Virus record (IMG/VR): IMGVR_UViG_3300035034_001349 | Coordinates: 10,329-74,328 of that record | Source: a virus | Length of the DNA stretch: 64,000 nt | Strand: one strand, 5' to 3' | Position numbers and translations under genes: made by a program | Shown here: in pieces, positions 41,307-51,658 of the stretch | How positions within the stretch are numbered: position 1 is the first letter of the stretch | How the letters are laid out: the number at the start of each line of letters is the position of its first letter | Notes under the pieces: generated by a model | What the model saw: the letters and a program-made list of their open reading frames with translations, nothing else | Told to the model about the DNA's origin: nothing | Database searches by the model: none

Positions 41307-41708
41307 CTATTTAACTAAATCTACACTACTTTCAATTATGATATCAATAAAGTTATCTAAATCACCATACATATCTGTAATATATTTCTTAGTTTCATTA
41401 TTTATAGTTGTTTTAAATTCCTCAGTAACATCCTCTTTAATTTTTATACCTTCTTCTTTACTTAGTTTACCCTCAGAATCTCTAAGAGACTTAACTATAC
41501 TACTTTCTGTAGCCATCATGATTTCGAATAATACATCTTTACCAATAGTGATGTATTTAGCCTTAAGTTCGTAGTACTTGTCATCTTTTTCACTTTCAAT
41601 TAACTTAATCTTTGATGTTAGATATACTTGTAATAATCTAACCACAAAGGTGAATAAACCTGTTATCAATACCACCAATACATTTGTAATAATTTCATTA
41701 AAATCCAT
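41307..41708 (-). CDS. Holin-like protein (single N-terminal TM, LL-H type)
   Basis: N-terminal TM, then a helical domain ending IDIIIESSV. Confidence 0.55.
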   Translation of the reverse strand: MDFNEIITNVLVVLITGLFTFVVRLLQVYLTSKIKLIESEKDDKYYELKAKYITIGKDVLFEIMMATESSIVKSLRDSEGKLSKEEGIKIKEDVTEEFKTTINNETKKYITDMYGDLDNFIDIIIESSVDLVK

Positions 41709-41723
41709 TATTTAACATCCTCT

Positions 41724-42467
41724 CTAGTATTTCATAGTTTTCTCTAACGGAGATTCATTTTCATCCGCACCAGTTCTTGTTTTGTTTACACTTGATATTA
41801 TAGCTTGGTTCATGTCTTCAAATGTAATATCTGTAAATTGTGAGTTTAAGTTTGCAAGACTCTTTAAACTAACAGTTGCATAATCATACTCAGTTGCTTT
41901 AGAATTTTCTTTACCTATAGTTCTTCTAAAAGGTTTATCTAAACTATCCTTATTACGGTATAATTCAGCTACTATAAATTCTAGTATAAATGAGGGAACA
42001 CCTACATTTACGTCATTTATATCTAAATTACTATGATATAAATCAATTACCTCACTATATGGTATAGTATTAGCTAATTTACCACCATGAAGCAGTTTAA
42101 CGAAGTTCTCTGTACTAGTTGCTGATTCTTCTATACTGTCCGAGTTTAAGAATATATCACCTTTATATAACTGAAATATTCTATATTTTTCTTCTCCATC
42201 TGACTTAATCTTTAATTTATCCTTAAAGCTAGACGAAAAGTTTATTGTGATATCCACTGGTAAGTCTAAACTAAATATCTCACCTTTTTTATCTTTACTA
42301 TCGCTAACCATAAAGTAGAACAGTCCTATGGTATTCAACTTATCTGATGTTATCTTAGAAATTCCTTTTTTAAAGTAGAATTCGGGTATATATACTTCCA
42401 TATACTCTTCATCAAAAAAGACTTTATTATTTTCTTCTTTCAAGAATGTAAAACCCATCAATATCAC
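41724..42467 (-). CDS. rpoC: RNA polymerase beta' extreme C-terminal fragment (probably virion RNAP)
   Basis: DVNVGVPSFILEFIVAELYR...SQFTDITFED parallels GINLDSVHAELIVSKLIR...SPSVSLAFER in the beta' C-half at 7398; late promoter at 42484-42495. Confidence 0.65.
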   Translation of the reverse strand: MILMGFTFLKEENNKVFFDEEYMEVYIPEFYFKKGISKITSDKLNTIGLFYFMVSDSKDKKGEIFSLDLPVDITINFSSSFKDKLKIKSDGEEKYRIFQLYKGDIFLNSDSIEESATSTENFVKLLHGGKLANTIPYSEVIDLYHSNLDINDVNVGVPSFILEFIVAELYRNKDSLDKPFRRTIGKENSKATEYDYATVSLKSLANLNSQFTDITFEDMNQAIISSVNKTRTGADENESPLEKTMKY

Positions 42468-42493
42468 TCCTTTCTTAGATTATTAATAGATTG

Positions 42494-43138
42494 TTATAAG
42501 TTATCAACGAACTCGATATGTTCATTTATTTTCTCAACTAAATCGAATTCTGATTCTATACGGTCTAACCTATCAATTAGCTTGGAAATAAATACTGAGT
42601 TTCTGTTGATATCACATTCAACGATAAATTTAAAAAAAGTGTAAATAAAATATCTCTTATTCTTTCTATTCATACCATTCAGTACTTTATTTAACTTAGT
42701 AAATAAGAATCTAGGATTTTTGAAAGTATACATACTATTGCCTAATATATGGATAACTTTTTCTGTAATAATTTTCATTTCACCATTAGATAAATCTTCT
42801 TTAACATCCTTAGCCAGTTCCTTATCAAATAGAGGCTCAATACTGTATATAAATTTAAATTGATTCATTAAGTAGTCAACTTCAATTATTTTCTCAGTAT
42901 CACTCTCATCTAATGTATCTCTCAACTTCTTTAACTTATATAAATAAATCTTTTCATCATCTAATAAATTAGATAAGTCAAAACCATCAATCTCTTCTTC
43001 TAGATCTTTATTTAGATTATCTATCTGATTGATTATTTTATCTAATTCTTTTAATTCTTTCTTATCACTCTTATCTAACTCATCAAAACCTTTAAAGGCT
43101 TCTACTAAATCTTTCATAGTATCTGTTTGCATGTCCAT
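42494..43138 (-). CDS. Hypothetical protein
   Basis: 214 aa, AGGAGG SD. Confidence 0.7.
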   Translation of the reverse strand: MDMQTDTMKDLVEAFKGFDELDKSDKKELKELDKIINQIDNLNKDLEEEIDGFDLSNLLDDEKIYLYKLKKLRDTLDESDTEKIIEVDYLMNQFKFIYSIEPLFDKELAKDVKEDLSNGEMKIITEKVIHILGNSMYTFKNPRFLFTKLNKVLNGMNRKNKRYFIYTFFKFIVECDINRNSVFISKLIDRLDRIESEFDLVEKINEHIEFVDNL

Positions 43139-43156
43139 CCTCCTATTATTATATTA

Positions 43157-43915
43157 TTAATCATCACTCTTTGGTAACATTTTAGTCACTTCATTAGTTA
43201 TTTGTATTATCAAATCATTTCTATTTTCAGACTCTGATTGTAGTGGTTTAAAAAAGTTAGTATAGAATTCTGGTCCTACCATTCCCATTAACTCATTTTC
43301 CTCAAAGAATATTTCATTGATTAGAGCTAATGACGATTCCATTTCATCAGTAGATATAATACTTTTCATAATATTCTCTGAATTAGTATTAGTATTGATT
43401 ATACCGTTTACTATATCTCTTACAGATACTATAATAACAACCTCATCAATAGACTTAAATACACGTTTTAATGACTTCACTTGAATTGATTTCCTATTTA
43501 AATCAGATTTAAAGTTTTCTATATAGTCTTCTTTATTCTCATTAATATCAGACACAATGAAATCTATTAATTTTTCCTTATAATCTAATATAAATGCTTT
43601 GTATAGAGCATCAATATATAGGAAAAAGTCATCATCTAATATTTCATGTCTCCCAATATTTGTAGTTAAGTCAAATTTAGTCTCTATGTCTTCTAATAAA
43701 CTCTCGTATATAGAGAATTTTTCTTCTAATATTTTTTCCATTACTTCATCATCTTCAGAGTACTTAAGCTTAATTAAATTGTACCTATCTTTGAATATCT
43801 CTAGTACATTTGAAGGACTATATGACATTAAAATCTGCTCATCAACCTGTTCTCTTAGGTTTTCATACAATATACTGTCTGATAACCTACTGACTACTTC
43901 ATCTACATAGTACAT
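43157..43915 (-). CDS. Hypothetical protein
   Basis: 252 aa, helical and acidic. Confidence 0.7.
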   Translation of the reverse strand: MYYVDEVVSRLSDSILYENLREQVDEQILMSYSPSNVLEIFKDRYNLIKLKYSEDDEVMEKILEEKFSIYESLLEDIETKFDLTTNIGRHEILDDDFFLYIDALYKAFILDYKEKLIDFIVSDINENKEDYIENFKSDLNRKSIQVKSLKRVFKSIDEVVIIVSVRDIVNGIINTNTNSENIMKSIISTDEMESSLALINEIFFEENELMGMVGPEFYTNFFKPLQSESENRNDLIIQITNEVTKMLPKSDD

Positions 43916-43929
43916 TATCTCACCCTTTC

Positions 43930-44184
43930 CTATTCTTCAATTGTAGCAATTATGTCTCTAGTCGTTATTGCTAAAATATCTTTTTTATGAAACTTTATCT
44001 TTGTTTTCATAGTCATTTGTTGTACAATTAGCTTAGTGCCTTTAGTATACTTAGCACTATCTTCTATTACTTCACATACTAAATATCCATCATGATTATT
44101 TGTAATTAAAGAATCACTACCATCTAGTATATCGCTACTTATTTCCTTTACTAATACATTATCTCCAACTGGAATTAATTTCAT
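43930..44184 (-). CDS. groES: GroES-like co-chaperonin
   Basis: MKLIPVGDNVLVK N-terminus and ...RDIIATIEE C-terminus are typical of Cpn10; late promoter at 44221-44232. Confidence 0.75.
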   Translation of the reverse strand: MKLIPVGDNVLVKEISSDILDGSDSLITNNHDGYLVCEVIEDSAKYTKGTKLIVQQMTMKTKIKFHKKDILAITTRDIIATIEE

Positions 44185-44252
44185 TATAACACTCCTTTTT
44201 TACGCTATACATTCATTCTATATTGAGTTGTTAATATTAAATAAAAAAAAAA

Positions 44253-46199
44253 TTACTTATTTAGAGACAGTATTCTACTTATTCCATTCGTCTTTCTAAC
44301 TTTCTTATTTAATTGGTCATTTATAACCTTATCCATTAATTCATTTTCACTATTGCTAAATGAACTATTATTATAACTAGATACCTTAGAAAAGTCTCTA
44401 GCCTTACTTCTATTTTGTTTCTCAAATTCTTTAGTACTATCAAATCCTGGAACTATCCATTTATTTAAGTCCTCACCATATGATAACACGTAACGCCCTA
44501 TTAAATAAGCCATAACACTATCATCATGTTCACCATTTCTATGCTCTATTTTCCCTCTGCTATTTCGCTCTAATGTCTTAATCTCATTATATAAAGTAGT
44601 TGTTGCCACTTCTTCAGGATTATTTTTCACAACATCTGTTAGGATTTCTAACATTAATGGACGAGTCTTTTTATTAGTAGGAACTCCATACTCTAATGTT
44701 TGAGTTCTATTTTTAATATGTCTTGATTTCTTTACATCCTTAACTTTACGTTTACCTTTAGTTCTTCTCTTAGTGTAGTATAAATTCTTCCTTATATCTG
44801 TCTTCATAAGATTATCAAGAATATTTTTACCATAACTATTAGATTCTATAGCTAATAATGAGTTTGTAAAATAATTCTTTATTAATTTGTATAGTAATAT
44901 ATTAAATTCAGCAGTATCTATAACATTATTACTGAACTCAGCAGCTGTTTTCATTGTATTAGGGTGGATTACTTGAATAGTAGAGGAGTCTCTTGATAGA
45001 CCTCCTGCCACATCGACACCTATTACATAAGGATATTCAAAATTGAGTTCTTCATATACGTCAATTCTATAATGGTCAATAAAGAATTTACCTATTGGTG
45101 TTCTCTCTAAGTCCTTCAATGTTGTTAACTGTTCCTCTGTGTATATTGAATTATCTGTGGAGTATAACCATTCAAGAAGTATCTCTCTCTTTACCTTAAA
45201 CATATCACCTTGTAGGGTACGTATTTGAGATTTCAACCATTTTTCATTATGACCTAGTTCCTTATAGGTAAATTTTATATAGATAAAGTCATTCTTAGAA
45301 TTCTTGAGTATATACCTATCTACATCACTATCACTCCAGTCATACATTTCTTCAACAAAGTCACACGAATCCTCAATCATATCATGACAATGCTTCCCTT
45401 CATCAATATCTAAGTTATTTGGAGTGGTTGTTATTATACGTCCATATGGTCTATTAGCTTCTCTAGCTAACTCCATAGCCTTAGATGTCGCTGGTGCACC
45501 TGACTGAATCATTATTTCATTATATTTAATCCATGCGTACTCATCAAGCCATTGACATGCAGTAGTATTACCTCTACCCTTCTTATCAGCGGCACTAACA
45601 CTGCTTGCAGGTGATACAGCTTTTATAGTATTATTATTTTTAGTACTTGATATTGACTCCTTCTTATTAGTATCATCCTTAGAACGGAACTGTAAATAAT
45701 CAGGTAAATTCTCATATATATCTTTGAATCTCTTTAAGTTCAGTTTAGAGTCTGATGCTTCCTTATTGAAAAATAGTATCTCATTATTTCTTGATGCAAA
45801 GTTATAGATATAAATATAATTACACACAGTTGAAATAGTCTTACCATGCTGACGTGGTAGTAATAATATTAAACTTTTATTATTAAACATTGCCCATGAT
45901 AGTGCCAGATTTCCTCTATGTAGCTTATATTGGATATCTCCTGCAACAGTTGGTATTCTTATTACTTCACGTAATAAATACCATGGATTCTTCATACATT
46001 CATTTGCGATTCTAGTTTTTTGTTCTAATGTAAGATCTTCAGAATGAGGGTTGACCCCTTTTAAACTCTTATCATATAGTCTTAAAAAAAATTTATTATT
46101 CTTGACTCCTAACTTTTTGAGTATAATTGCCATTGATAAAAATGATTTATTCTTTGTAGAAAGATCAATAACATATTTATCACTACTCATATTAATCAT
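44253..46199 (-). CDS. terL: Terminase large subunit
   Basis: PRQHGKT Walker A, WLDEYA Walker B, ITTTP, nuclease motifs GVDVAGG and HDDSVMA. Confidence 0.9.
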   Translation of the reverse strand: MINMSSDKYVIDLSTKNKSFLSMAIILKKLGVKNNKFFLRLYDKSLKGVNPHSEDLTLEQKTRIANECMKNPWYLLREVIRIPTVAGDIQYKLHRGNLALSWAMFNNKSLILLLPRQHGKTISTVCNYIYIYNFASRNNEILFFNKEASDSKLNLKRFKDIYENLPDYLQFRSKDDTNKKESISSTKNNNTIKAVSPASSVSAADKKGRGNTTACQWLDEYAWIKYNEIMIQSGAPATSKAMELAREANRPYGRIITTTPNNLDIDEGKHCHDMIEDSCDFVEEMYDWSDSDVDRYILKNSKNDFIYIKFTYKELGHNEKWLKSQIRTLQGDMFKVKREILLEWLYSTDNSIYTEEQLTTLKDLERTPIGKFFIDHYRIDVYEELNFEYPYVIGVDVAGGLSRDSSTIQVIHPNTMKTAAEFSNNVIDTAEFNILLYKLIKNYFTNSLLAIESNSYGKNILDNLMKTDIRKNLYYTKRRTKGKRKVKDVKKSRHIKNRTQTLEYGVPTNKKTRPLMLEILTDVVKNNPEEVATTTLYNEIKTLERNSRGKIEHRNGEHDDSVMAYLIGRYVLSYGEDLNKWIVPGFDSTKEFEKQNRSKARDFSKVSSYNNSSFSNSENELMDKVINDQLNKKVRKTNGISRILSLNK

Positions 46200-46251
46200 C
46201 CCCTTATATTATTACACCTAACAACAATTAAGTTATTAGGTGTAAGTTAAT

Positions 46252-47112
46252 TTAATTCTTCTCTAAAAATCTTATTTGAGATTTTAGTAATTCACGTTCA
46301 TATGGACTATCAGCCATATCAAGATTCTTTTTTATATCCTTAAGAATTCTACGTCTTCGTTGTAGAAAATTATCACCTAAATCTAACATAAATCCTATAA
46401 ATGAATCTCTATCTTCATCATCTAATTGTTGTCCCTTAACAAATGCTCTAACTTTTAGTAATGCTTCAGATAAAGCCTGACCGTACCCATACTTAACTGC
46501 AAATGAGTCTGCTCTTACCTCAGTTTTATTCTTACCCAACAATAAATCACTAGGCATAGAGAATAATGTTGCAAATGTCATCTTAGTAAATGAACCTACT
46601 CTACCCATTTCTTTATAGTTGCTTGAGTTTAAATCCTTTACAGGTTCAGATATTGCAGACATCTTTCTGGTATATACATTATTTATCTCATCTGCTATCT
46701 TTGAGTTTTCAGCTTTATGACCAATCTCATGTAATAATACCGCTACAATTTGTCTTGTACTAAAGCTCTCGATTAATTGTGAATCAATTTCAATAACTAC
46801 TTCATTGCAATCCTTAAATACATATCCATCATCGTTGTTCATTATTTCCATAGTCTTATTTTGTAGCTCTTCCTTAGATGGGAATATTCTCATTCCAAAG
46901 AAATGCTTATGTGCCTTAACTATGTAGATATCAGATACATACATATTGAATTCATCATATATAATACTAGATAACTCATCATTGTGAGTATCCATTGTTT
47001 TATACATATCTGAACTACTCTTAATATCTTTAAAAAATAACTCCATTTCTTGAATATTTTCTTTGATATATAATTTCTCATTGACTATCATACCATTCAT
47101 CATATAAATCAA
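46252..47112 (-). CDS. Zinc metallopeptidase-like (HExxH) late protein
   Basis: AVLLHEIGH...EVRADSFAVKYGYG..L..AL (M48-like); late promoter at 47167-47178. Confidence 0.7.
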   Translation of the reverse strand: MIYMMNGMIVNEKLYIKENIQEMELFFKDIKSSSDMYKTMDTHNDELSSIIYDEFNMYVSDIYIVKAHKHFFGMRIFPSKEELQNKTMEIMNNDDGYVFKDCNEVVIEIDSQLIESFSTRQIVAVLLHEIGHKAENSKIADEINNVYTRKMSAISEPVKDLNSSNYKEMGRVGSFTKMTFATLFSMPSDLLLGKNKTEVRADSFAVKYGYGQALSEALLKVRAFVKGQQLDDEDRDSFIGFMLDLGDNFLQRRRRILKDIKKNLDMADSPYERELLKSQIRFLEKN

Positions 47113-47248
47113 CCTTTCTGTTTTTATTGTAAAAATCCTATTTTTCTATGTTCCTGTAACGTTAATTAATATTATGTTAATTTCTTTATCATATGTATAT
47201 ATACAAAAAAAAAATATTCACCTATAATTAAATAGGTGAATACTTCTA

Positions 47249-47557
47249 TTAATTTACTTTTATATGAACTATAGTATTGATTAATTCACTACTACCTAGT
47301 CCTAAACTATTTGACTTTAATATTCTTTCTATTTCTTCAACAATGTCTGCTTCACAATTATCTGGTTGTTCACTTGCATTATGGTAGATAAATCCATCTT
47401 TAATAAATACTAAATTACAACTTACCATTGCAAGTAATGCTTCAGATATAGTAGACTTACTATAACCTTCATTGATAAATTGAATAAAGAAATTCTCTTT
47501 CTTTACTATCTTTTCTTCTACCACCATATCAAACATTGTCTCTTGTACATTTGTCAT
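47249..47557 (-). CDS. Small early protein (possible winged helix)
   Basis: 102 aa, AGGAGGT SD, early promoter at 47603-47621, own terminator. Confidence 0.65.
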   Translation of the reverse strand: MTNVQETMFDMVVEEKIVKKENFFIQFINEGYSKSTISEALLAMVSCNLVFIKDGFIYHNASEQPDNCEADIVEEIERILKSNSLGLGSSELINTIVHIKVN

Positions 47558-47671
47558 AATTAAATGACCTCCTTTAATTAATCTATACTATTATTGATAC
47601 CTATCACTTTTATAATATATAAGTGAATATTCAATATATACGATTTTTTTTTAATAAAAAAATATTATATT

Positions 47672-47961
47672 AACAGATAATTACATAAAATATTTATATT
47701 AATTATTAATTATAAGGGGATTAGGGGTTTAATATTATTATTTATTTTATTATTAAATTTTATATATTATAATTAATTATATATTTATTATTATTATTTT
47801 ATTATTAAATTTTATATATTATATATTTATTATATTAATTTATATATTATGTATTTTATATTATTTTTAATTAATTATATTATATATTTATTATTAAATT
47901 TATATAGTATGTAAAAATATTAAGAATATCTCTATATCTAATAATAGATATAGAGATATTC
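47672..47961. repeat. Extremely AT-rich repeat region, candidate replication origin
   Basis: Near-pure A/T; repeated TTATTAAATTTTATATA units (about 47749, 47801, 47891); a lone GGGGATTAGGGG tract; adjacent to HU. Confidence 0.5.
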
Positions 47962-47968
47962 ATTTGTA

Positions 47969-48247
47969 TTACTTATTAACTAAATTCTTTAGAGTCTTTC
48001 CAGCTCTAAATGTTACTTGTTCTCTTTTACCAATATCGTAAGTCTCATCAGGATTTCTAGGATTTCTACCTTTTCTAGCCTTCATAGTCTTAACGTTGAA
48101 AGATCCAAAACCTGTTAGTTGACATCTTCCTTCTTCCTTTAAGCCTTCACTGATAACCTTGATTACAGCATCAACAGCTTTCTTTCCATCTTTCTTAGTA
48201 CAGTTAAGTTCATTTGAAACTTCCTCTGTGATTTGTCTTAAATTCAT
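47969..48247 (-). CDS. hup: HU/IHF-family DNA-binding protein
   Basis: GFGSF...ARKGRNPR...FRAGKTLKNLV. Confidence 0.92.
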   Translation of the reverse strand: MNLRQITEEVSNELNCTKKDGKKAVDAVIKVISEGLKEEGRCQLTGFGSFNVKTMKARKGRNPRNPDETYDIGKREQVTFRAGKTLKNLVNK

Positions 48248-48483
48248 AATCCACCTCTCTTAAATTCATTTTTTAATTTTTTAAACATTAATTTTAACAA
48301 AGTTATTAATAGTATAAATTTTCAGTTTTACTATGTTAATTTAACTTTATTATTAAATTGTTTATTGACTCTTATGTAGTTATTTAATTTTTTATTTAAA
48401 CAACCAATAGATAGTATATAAAAATATTATCTTAATATAATGTTACATAAATTACTATGAAAATTATTATTTTTTTATTTAAA

Positions 48484-48502
48484 TATATATTATAACAATG
48501 AT
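48484..48502 (+). promoter_or_regulatory. Early promoter motif
   Basis: TATATATTATAACAATGAT upstream of the RNAP beta N-half. Confidence 0.75.
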
Positions 48503-48550
48503 ACAATATGATTAAATTTTATTAAATACTATATTAAGTATTGAGAGGAG

Positions 48551-50026
48551 ATGTTAGTATTGAAGAAACATTTGTCAGTATATGGTAAAGAAAACAAAGA
48601 GAGGTTTAATGAAGATTTCATATATATGAAAAGAACTGATAACGTTCTTGATTATATTAATGATGTATGTAAAGCATTAGAAGTTATTGAGGGGGTAAAA
48701 TTTATAGGTTCTGAGATATCCCATGATGAAAGTGAAATAAAGACCAGAGGTAAGAAAAATAATAAGTGGATATCATTAGACGAATCAAGACTTGATTTAA
48801 TTAAGCTACACTTTGAAGTAACTGGTATAGCAGGGAGAAAAAGAGTTACTAAAACAGAGACAGTTGAGAAGACTATTTTATATCCTAAGTTAATTGATGA
48901 TTTCTATTTCTTAATAGACGGAGTTACTTACTTCCCTATATATCAGATAATAGACTTAGCGACGTATAATACACCAAAGTCATTAAGACTTAAGACATTG
49001 TTAATGCCTATGGTACTAAGAGAGAAAGAATTGAAGTTTACAAGTGTTGATGACACTGAATTTATTGAATCAACGTATCTAGTAGATCTATTCAAGTATA
49101 AGTTAAATGTATTATTCTATTATTTTGCTGAGTTTGGATATGATATAGCTGATAAGTTTGGATATTCTGAAGATGATATAGGTCTAATGAATATTAATGA
49201 AGATGAGCTTACTAATAGAGACGAATACTTCCTATTTGAAGTGAATAAGAAAGGTCTTCATGTATATATTCATGAGGGTATGCTGGAAGAAGGAACTTTT
49301 AAAAGAAAGTTCTCAATGATGTATTTGGATATGATTAATTTCAATAGTAGAATGACAATTGATAAGATAGCTAACAATGATTATTGGAAAAAGAGATTAG
49401 GTGCTACATTCACATCTAACCCTAATTCTCAAATTGAGAAATCAGATAAGATTTTATTATCATTCAAGAGAATACTGGATGAGAGAACGAAGAAGATACT
49501 AAGAATTAAGGAAGAATACAAGGAAGATACATTTACTATAATTCAGTGGATGATGCGTAATTATGACAGATTCATGGAGAAAGATAATATGGACTTATCA
49601 AATAAACGTATAAGATTACATGAGTATTTAATATATCCACTACTGACTAGATTCTCAAGTATAACTTATAGATTATTGAATAAGACTACACCTACACTTA
49701 ATCAGAAGATGCAACTATTTAGTACTCTTGGACCTGGCTTTATTATAAAGAAGCTTAAGAAGAATGAGTTACTTAGATATAATAACTGTGTTAATGGTTT
49801 AGATTTAATTAATGGAGGTCTTAAGTTTACACAATCTGGTCCTCAAAGTCTTGGGGATGGTAATAAAAATATTAAAGTAAGATATAGAGGTATACATTCT
49901 AGTTATGTTGGACGTATTGGACTTACAGCATCATCAAGTTCAGACCCAGGGATTTCTGGAACATTTGTGCCATTTATTGAAACACAAGGTTTATATTTCA
50001 CAGACCCTGAACCTGAAGATAATTAA
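48551..50026 (+). CDS. rpoB: Non-virion RNA polymerase beta subunit, N-half
   Basis: P...YFLIDG, MDLSNKRIR, GPQSL, YRGIHSSYVGRI...SSSDPG (fork/rif region); early promoter. Confidence 0.88.
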   Translation: MLVLKKHLSVYGKENKERFNEDFIYMKRTDNVLDYINDVCKALEVIEGVKFIGSEISHDESEIKTRGKKNNKWISLDESRLDLIKLHFEVTGIAGRKRVTKTETVEKTILYPKLIDDFYFLIDGVTYFPIYQIIDLATYNTPKSLRLKTLLMPMVLREKELKFTSVDDTEFIESTYLVDLFKYKLNVLFYYFAEFGYDIADKFGYSEDDIGLMNINEDELTNRDEYFLFEVNKKGLHVYIHEGMLEEGTFKRKFSMMYLDMINFNSRMTIDKIANNDYWKKRLGATFTSNPNSQIEKSDKILLSFKRILDERTKKILRIKEEYKEDTFTIIQWMMRNYDRFMEKDNMDLSNKRIRLHEYLIYPLLTRFSSITYRLLNKTTPTLNQKMQLFSTLGPGFIIKKLKKNELLRYNNCVNGLDLINGGLKFTQSGPQSLGDGNKNIKVRYRGIHSSYVGRIGLTASSSSDPGISGTFVPFIETQGLYFTDPEPEDN

Positions 50027-50039
50027 GGAGCTGTTATAA

Positions 50040-50411
50040 ATGATAAAAACTGTATATAAAGTAAAATCACATTCAGAAGAGGAAGTTATATTCATTGAGA
50101 GAGAATTTAATTTCCTTGGATTATTTAAGATACCGTATATTAAGAAGTTGGAGAGTCCTGAGTATGTATATTGGATAGAACATAGAATAGATGAGGGAAG
50201 GTACTGGTACTGCGAATATAAACCAGTTCTTAAACGTATTCATAAAGGTAAAGAAGTATATGAATATAAACTTCACCAACATCATTCTAAACAAAAAACA
50301 GAGAAGAGTGCTACAAAAATAGTTGAAGACATTGAATTAAGATCTGAGAAGAATGGCTATATTAGTGATGTGATTACAGACTCTAGGAGTTTAAGGGGAT
50401 TATATCTATAG
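50040..50411 (+). CDS. Hypothetical protein
   Basis: 123 aa, AAGGAG SD. Confidence 0.65.
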   Translation: MIKTVYKVKSHSEEEVIFIEREFNFLGLFKIPYIKKLESPEYVYWIEHRIDEGRYWYCEYKPVLKRIHKGKEVYEYKLHQHHSKQKTEKSATKIVEDIELRSEKNGYISDVITDSRSLRGLYL

Positions 50412-50420
50412 GAGGAGTTA

Positions 50421-50900
50421 ATGAATAACGGTACAGTGGTTAAGGACTTTAAAGTGTATGAATTGGAGAATGTAATAGAATCATTAGGTGTTAAGCCTAA
50501 TGATACAATTATAATAAAGAGTAAAGTAAACAATCCACATTATATTAGTGACGATTGTAAAAAAATAATAAATTGTAATGATTCTGAATTGAGTATATTA
50601 TCATTAATTGGCGAGGAATATATTATATTGCATGGTTATGAACATATAAGTAATGCAATGAGATTAATCAGATGTATCAATAATGATATACCTTTGTTTT
50701 GCATGATTATTGAACACGGAGAAGTAAAAAATAAATTAAAGCTTCATCCAGTTAAGTATATCAAAAATAATGCTATTAATTTAGAGGGTTTAGCCATATA
50801 TCCTCATGATGATATAGAGACTATGAGTAAGCATATTAGTTTCTTAGAGTTTGAAGATTATAAGTTCTTTAGACGTAAGAAAGAACGAAGAGCGACATAA
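50421..50900 (+). CDS. Hypothetical protein
   Basis: 159 aa, AGGAGG SD. Confidence 0.65.
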   Translation: MNNGTVVKDFKVYELENVIESLGVKPNDTIIIKSKVNNPHYISDDCKKIINCNDSELSILSLIGEEYIILHGYEHISNAMRLIRCINNDIPLFCMIIEHGEVKNKLKLHPVKYIKNNAINLEGLAIYPHDDIETMSKHISFLEFEDYKFFRRKKERRAT

Positions 50901-50952
50901 TAAGTAATAAATATTCCATTAACCTTATGGGTTAATGGAATTTATTTTTTTT

Positions 50953-51642
50953 TTATCTTATAAATATCTTTCGTCTATTAGCACTTTTATGAGAATGTTG
51001 TCTGAATGTTTCCAGTATATCTTTTCTATCATCTTCAGCACCCTCAAGTTTATTCATGAATAGTTCTATACTCCCATATAAAGTTTCGATATTATTGAAC
51101 CTAAATCTTATAGGATATAAGAACTTCCTAACATCACAAATAGCTAGCTCATAGAATTGATCCTTAAGAGAAATAGGGATAGTCGAAAAATGGTCAGGAT
51201 GAACTGCTTTTATTTGAACTGTGAATTTACTTACTAAACTTTTTTTTGGAAATATTTCTATAAGTGATGGTGGATGAAATTGATGTGTTACTGGTTGCAT
51301 CATCATAGAAGATGCATTACTAGCGGCTTGTCTATCTAAAGGACTTCTAGATAATAATCCACTGTTATATGCACCATTACCAGTGTTGCCATAACTTAAA
51401 ATTACCTTAGAAACAGATAATATATCGTAATCAGTATCTAAGAAATACATTTCTTCAGCACCATGCTTGTCTTTATCAGGTGTAACAATTACCTCCGCAT
51501 AATGAGGAAAGTATTTACTAAATGTAGGTAAAGTTTCTTCCCTTATTATATCAAGTATTTCTTCTTTACTTATTTCTAATACTTGATGAGTCACACCTAA
51601 CATACCATCTATATGTCTAATAACTTTGGTAGGTGTTAACAA
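50953..51642 (-). CDS. Head completion/neck protein (T4 gp13-like, tentative)
   Basis: 229 aa; I...LG....LEI..E.I.D.I.......F.KY pattern; downstream of the prohead protease. Confidence 0.5.
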   Translation of the reverse strand: MLTPTKVIRHIDGMLGVTHQVLEISKEEILDIIREETLPTFSKYFPHYAEVIVTPDKDKHGAEEMYFLDTDYDILSVSKVILSYGNTGNGAYNSGLLSRSPLDRQAASNASSMMMQPVTHQFHPPSLIEIFPKKSLVSKFTVQIKAVHPDHFSTIPISLKDQFYELAICDVRKFLYPIRFRFNNIETLYGSIELFMNKLEGAEDDRKDILETFRQHSHKSANRRKIFIR

Positions 51643-51658
51643 ATTGGATCACCTCCGT

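Noticed and set aside
47730-47910. AT repeats as a CRISPR array
   Set aside because: The units are low-complexity and irregular, without unique spacers, and no cas genes are present.
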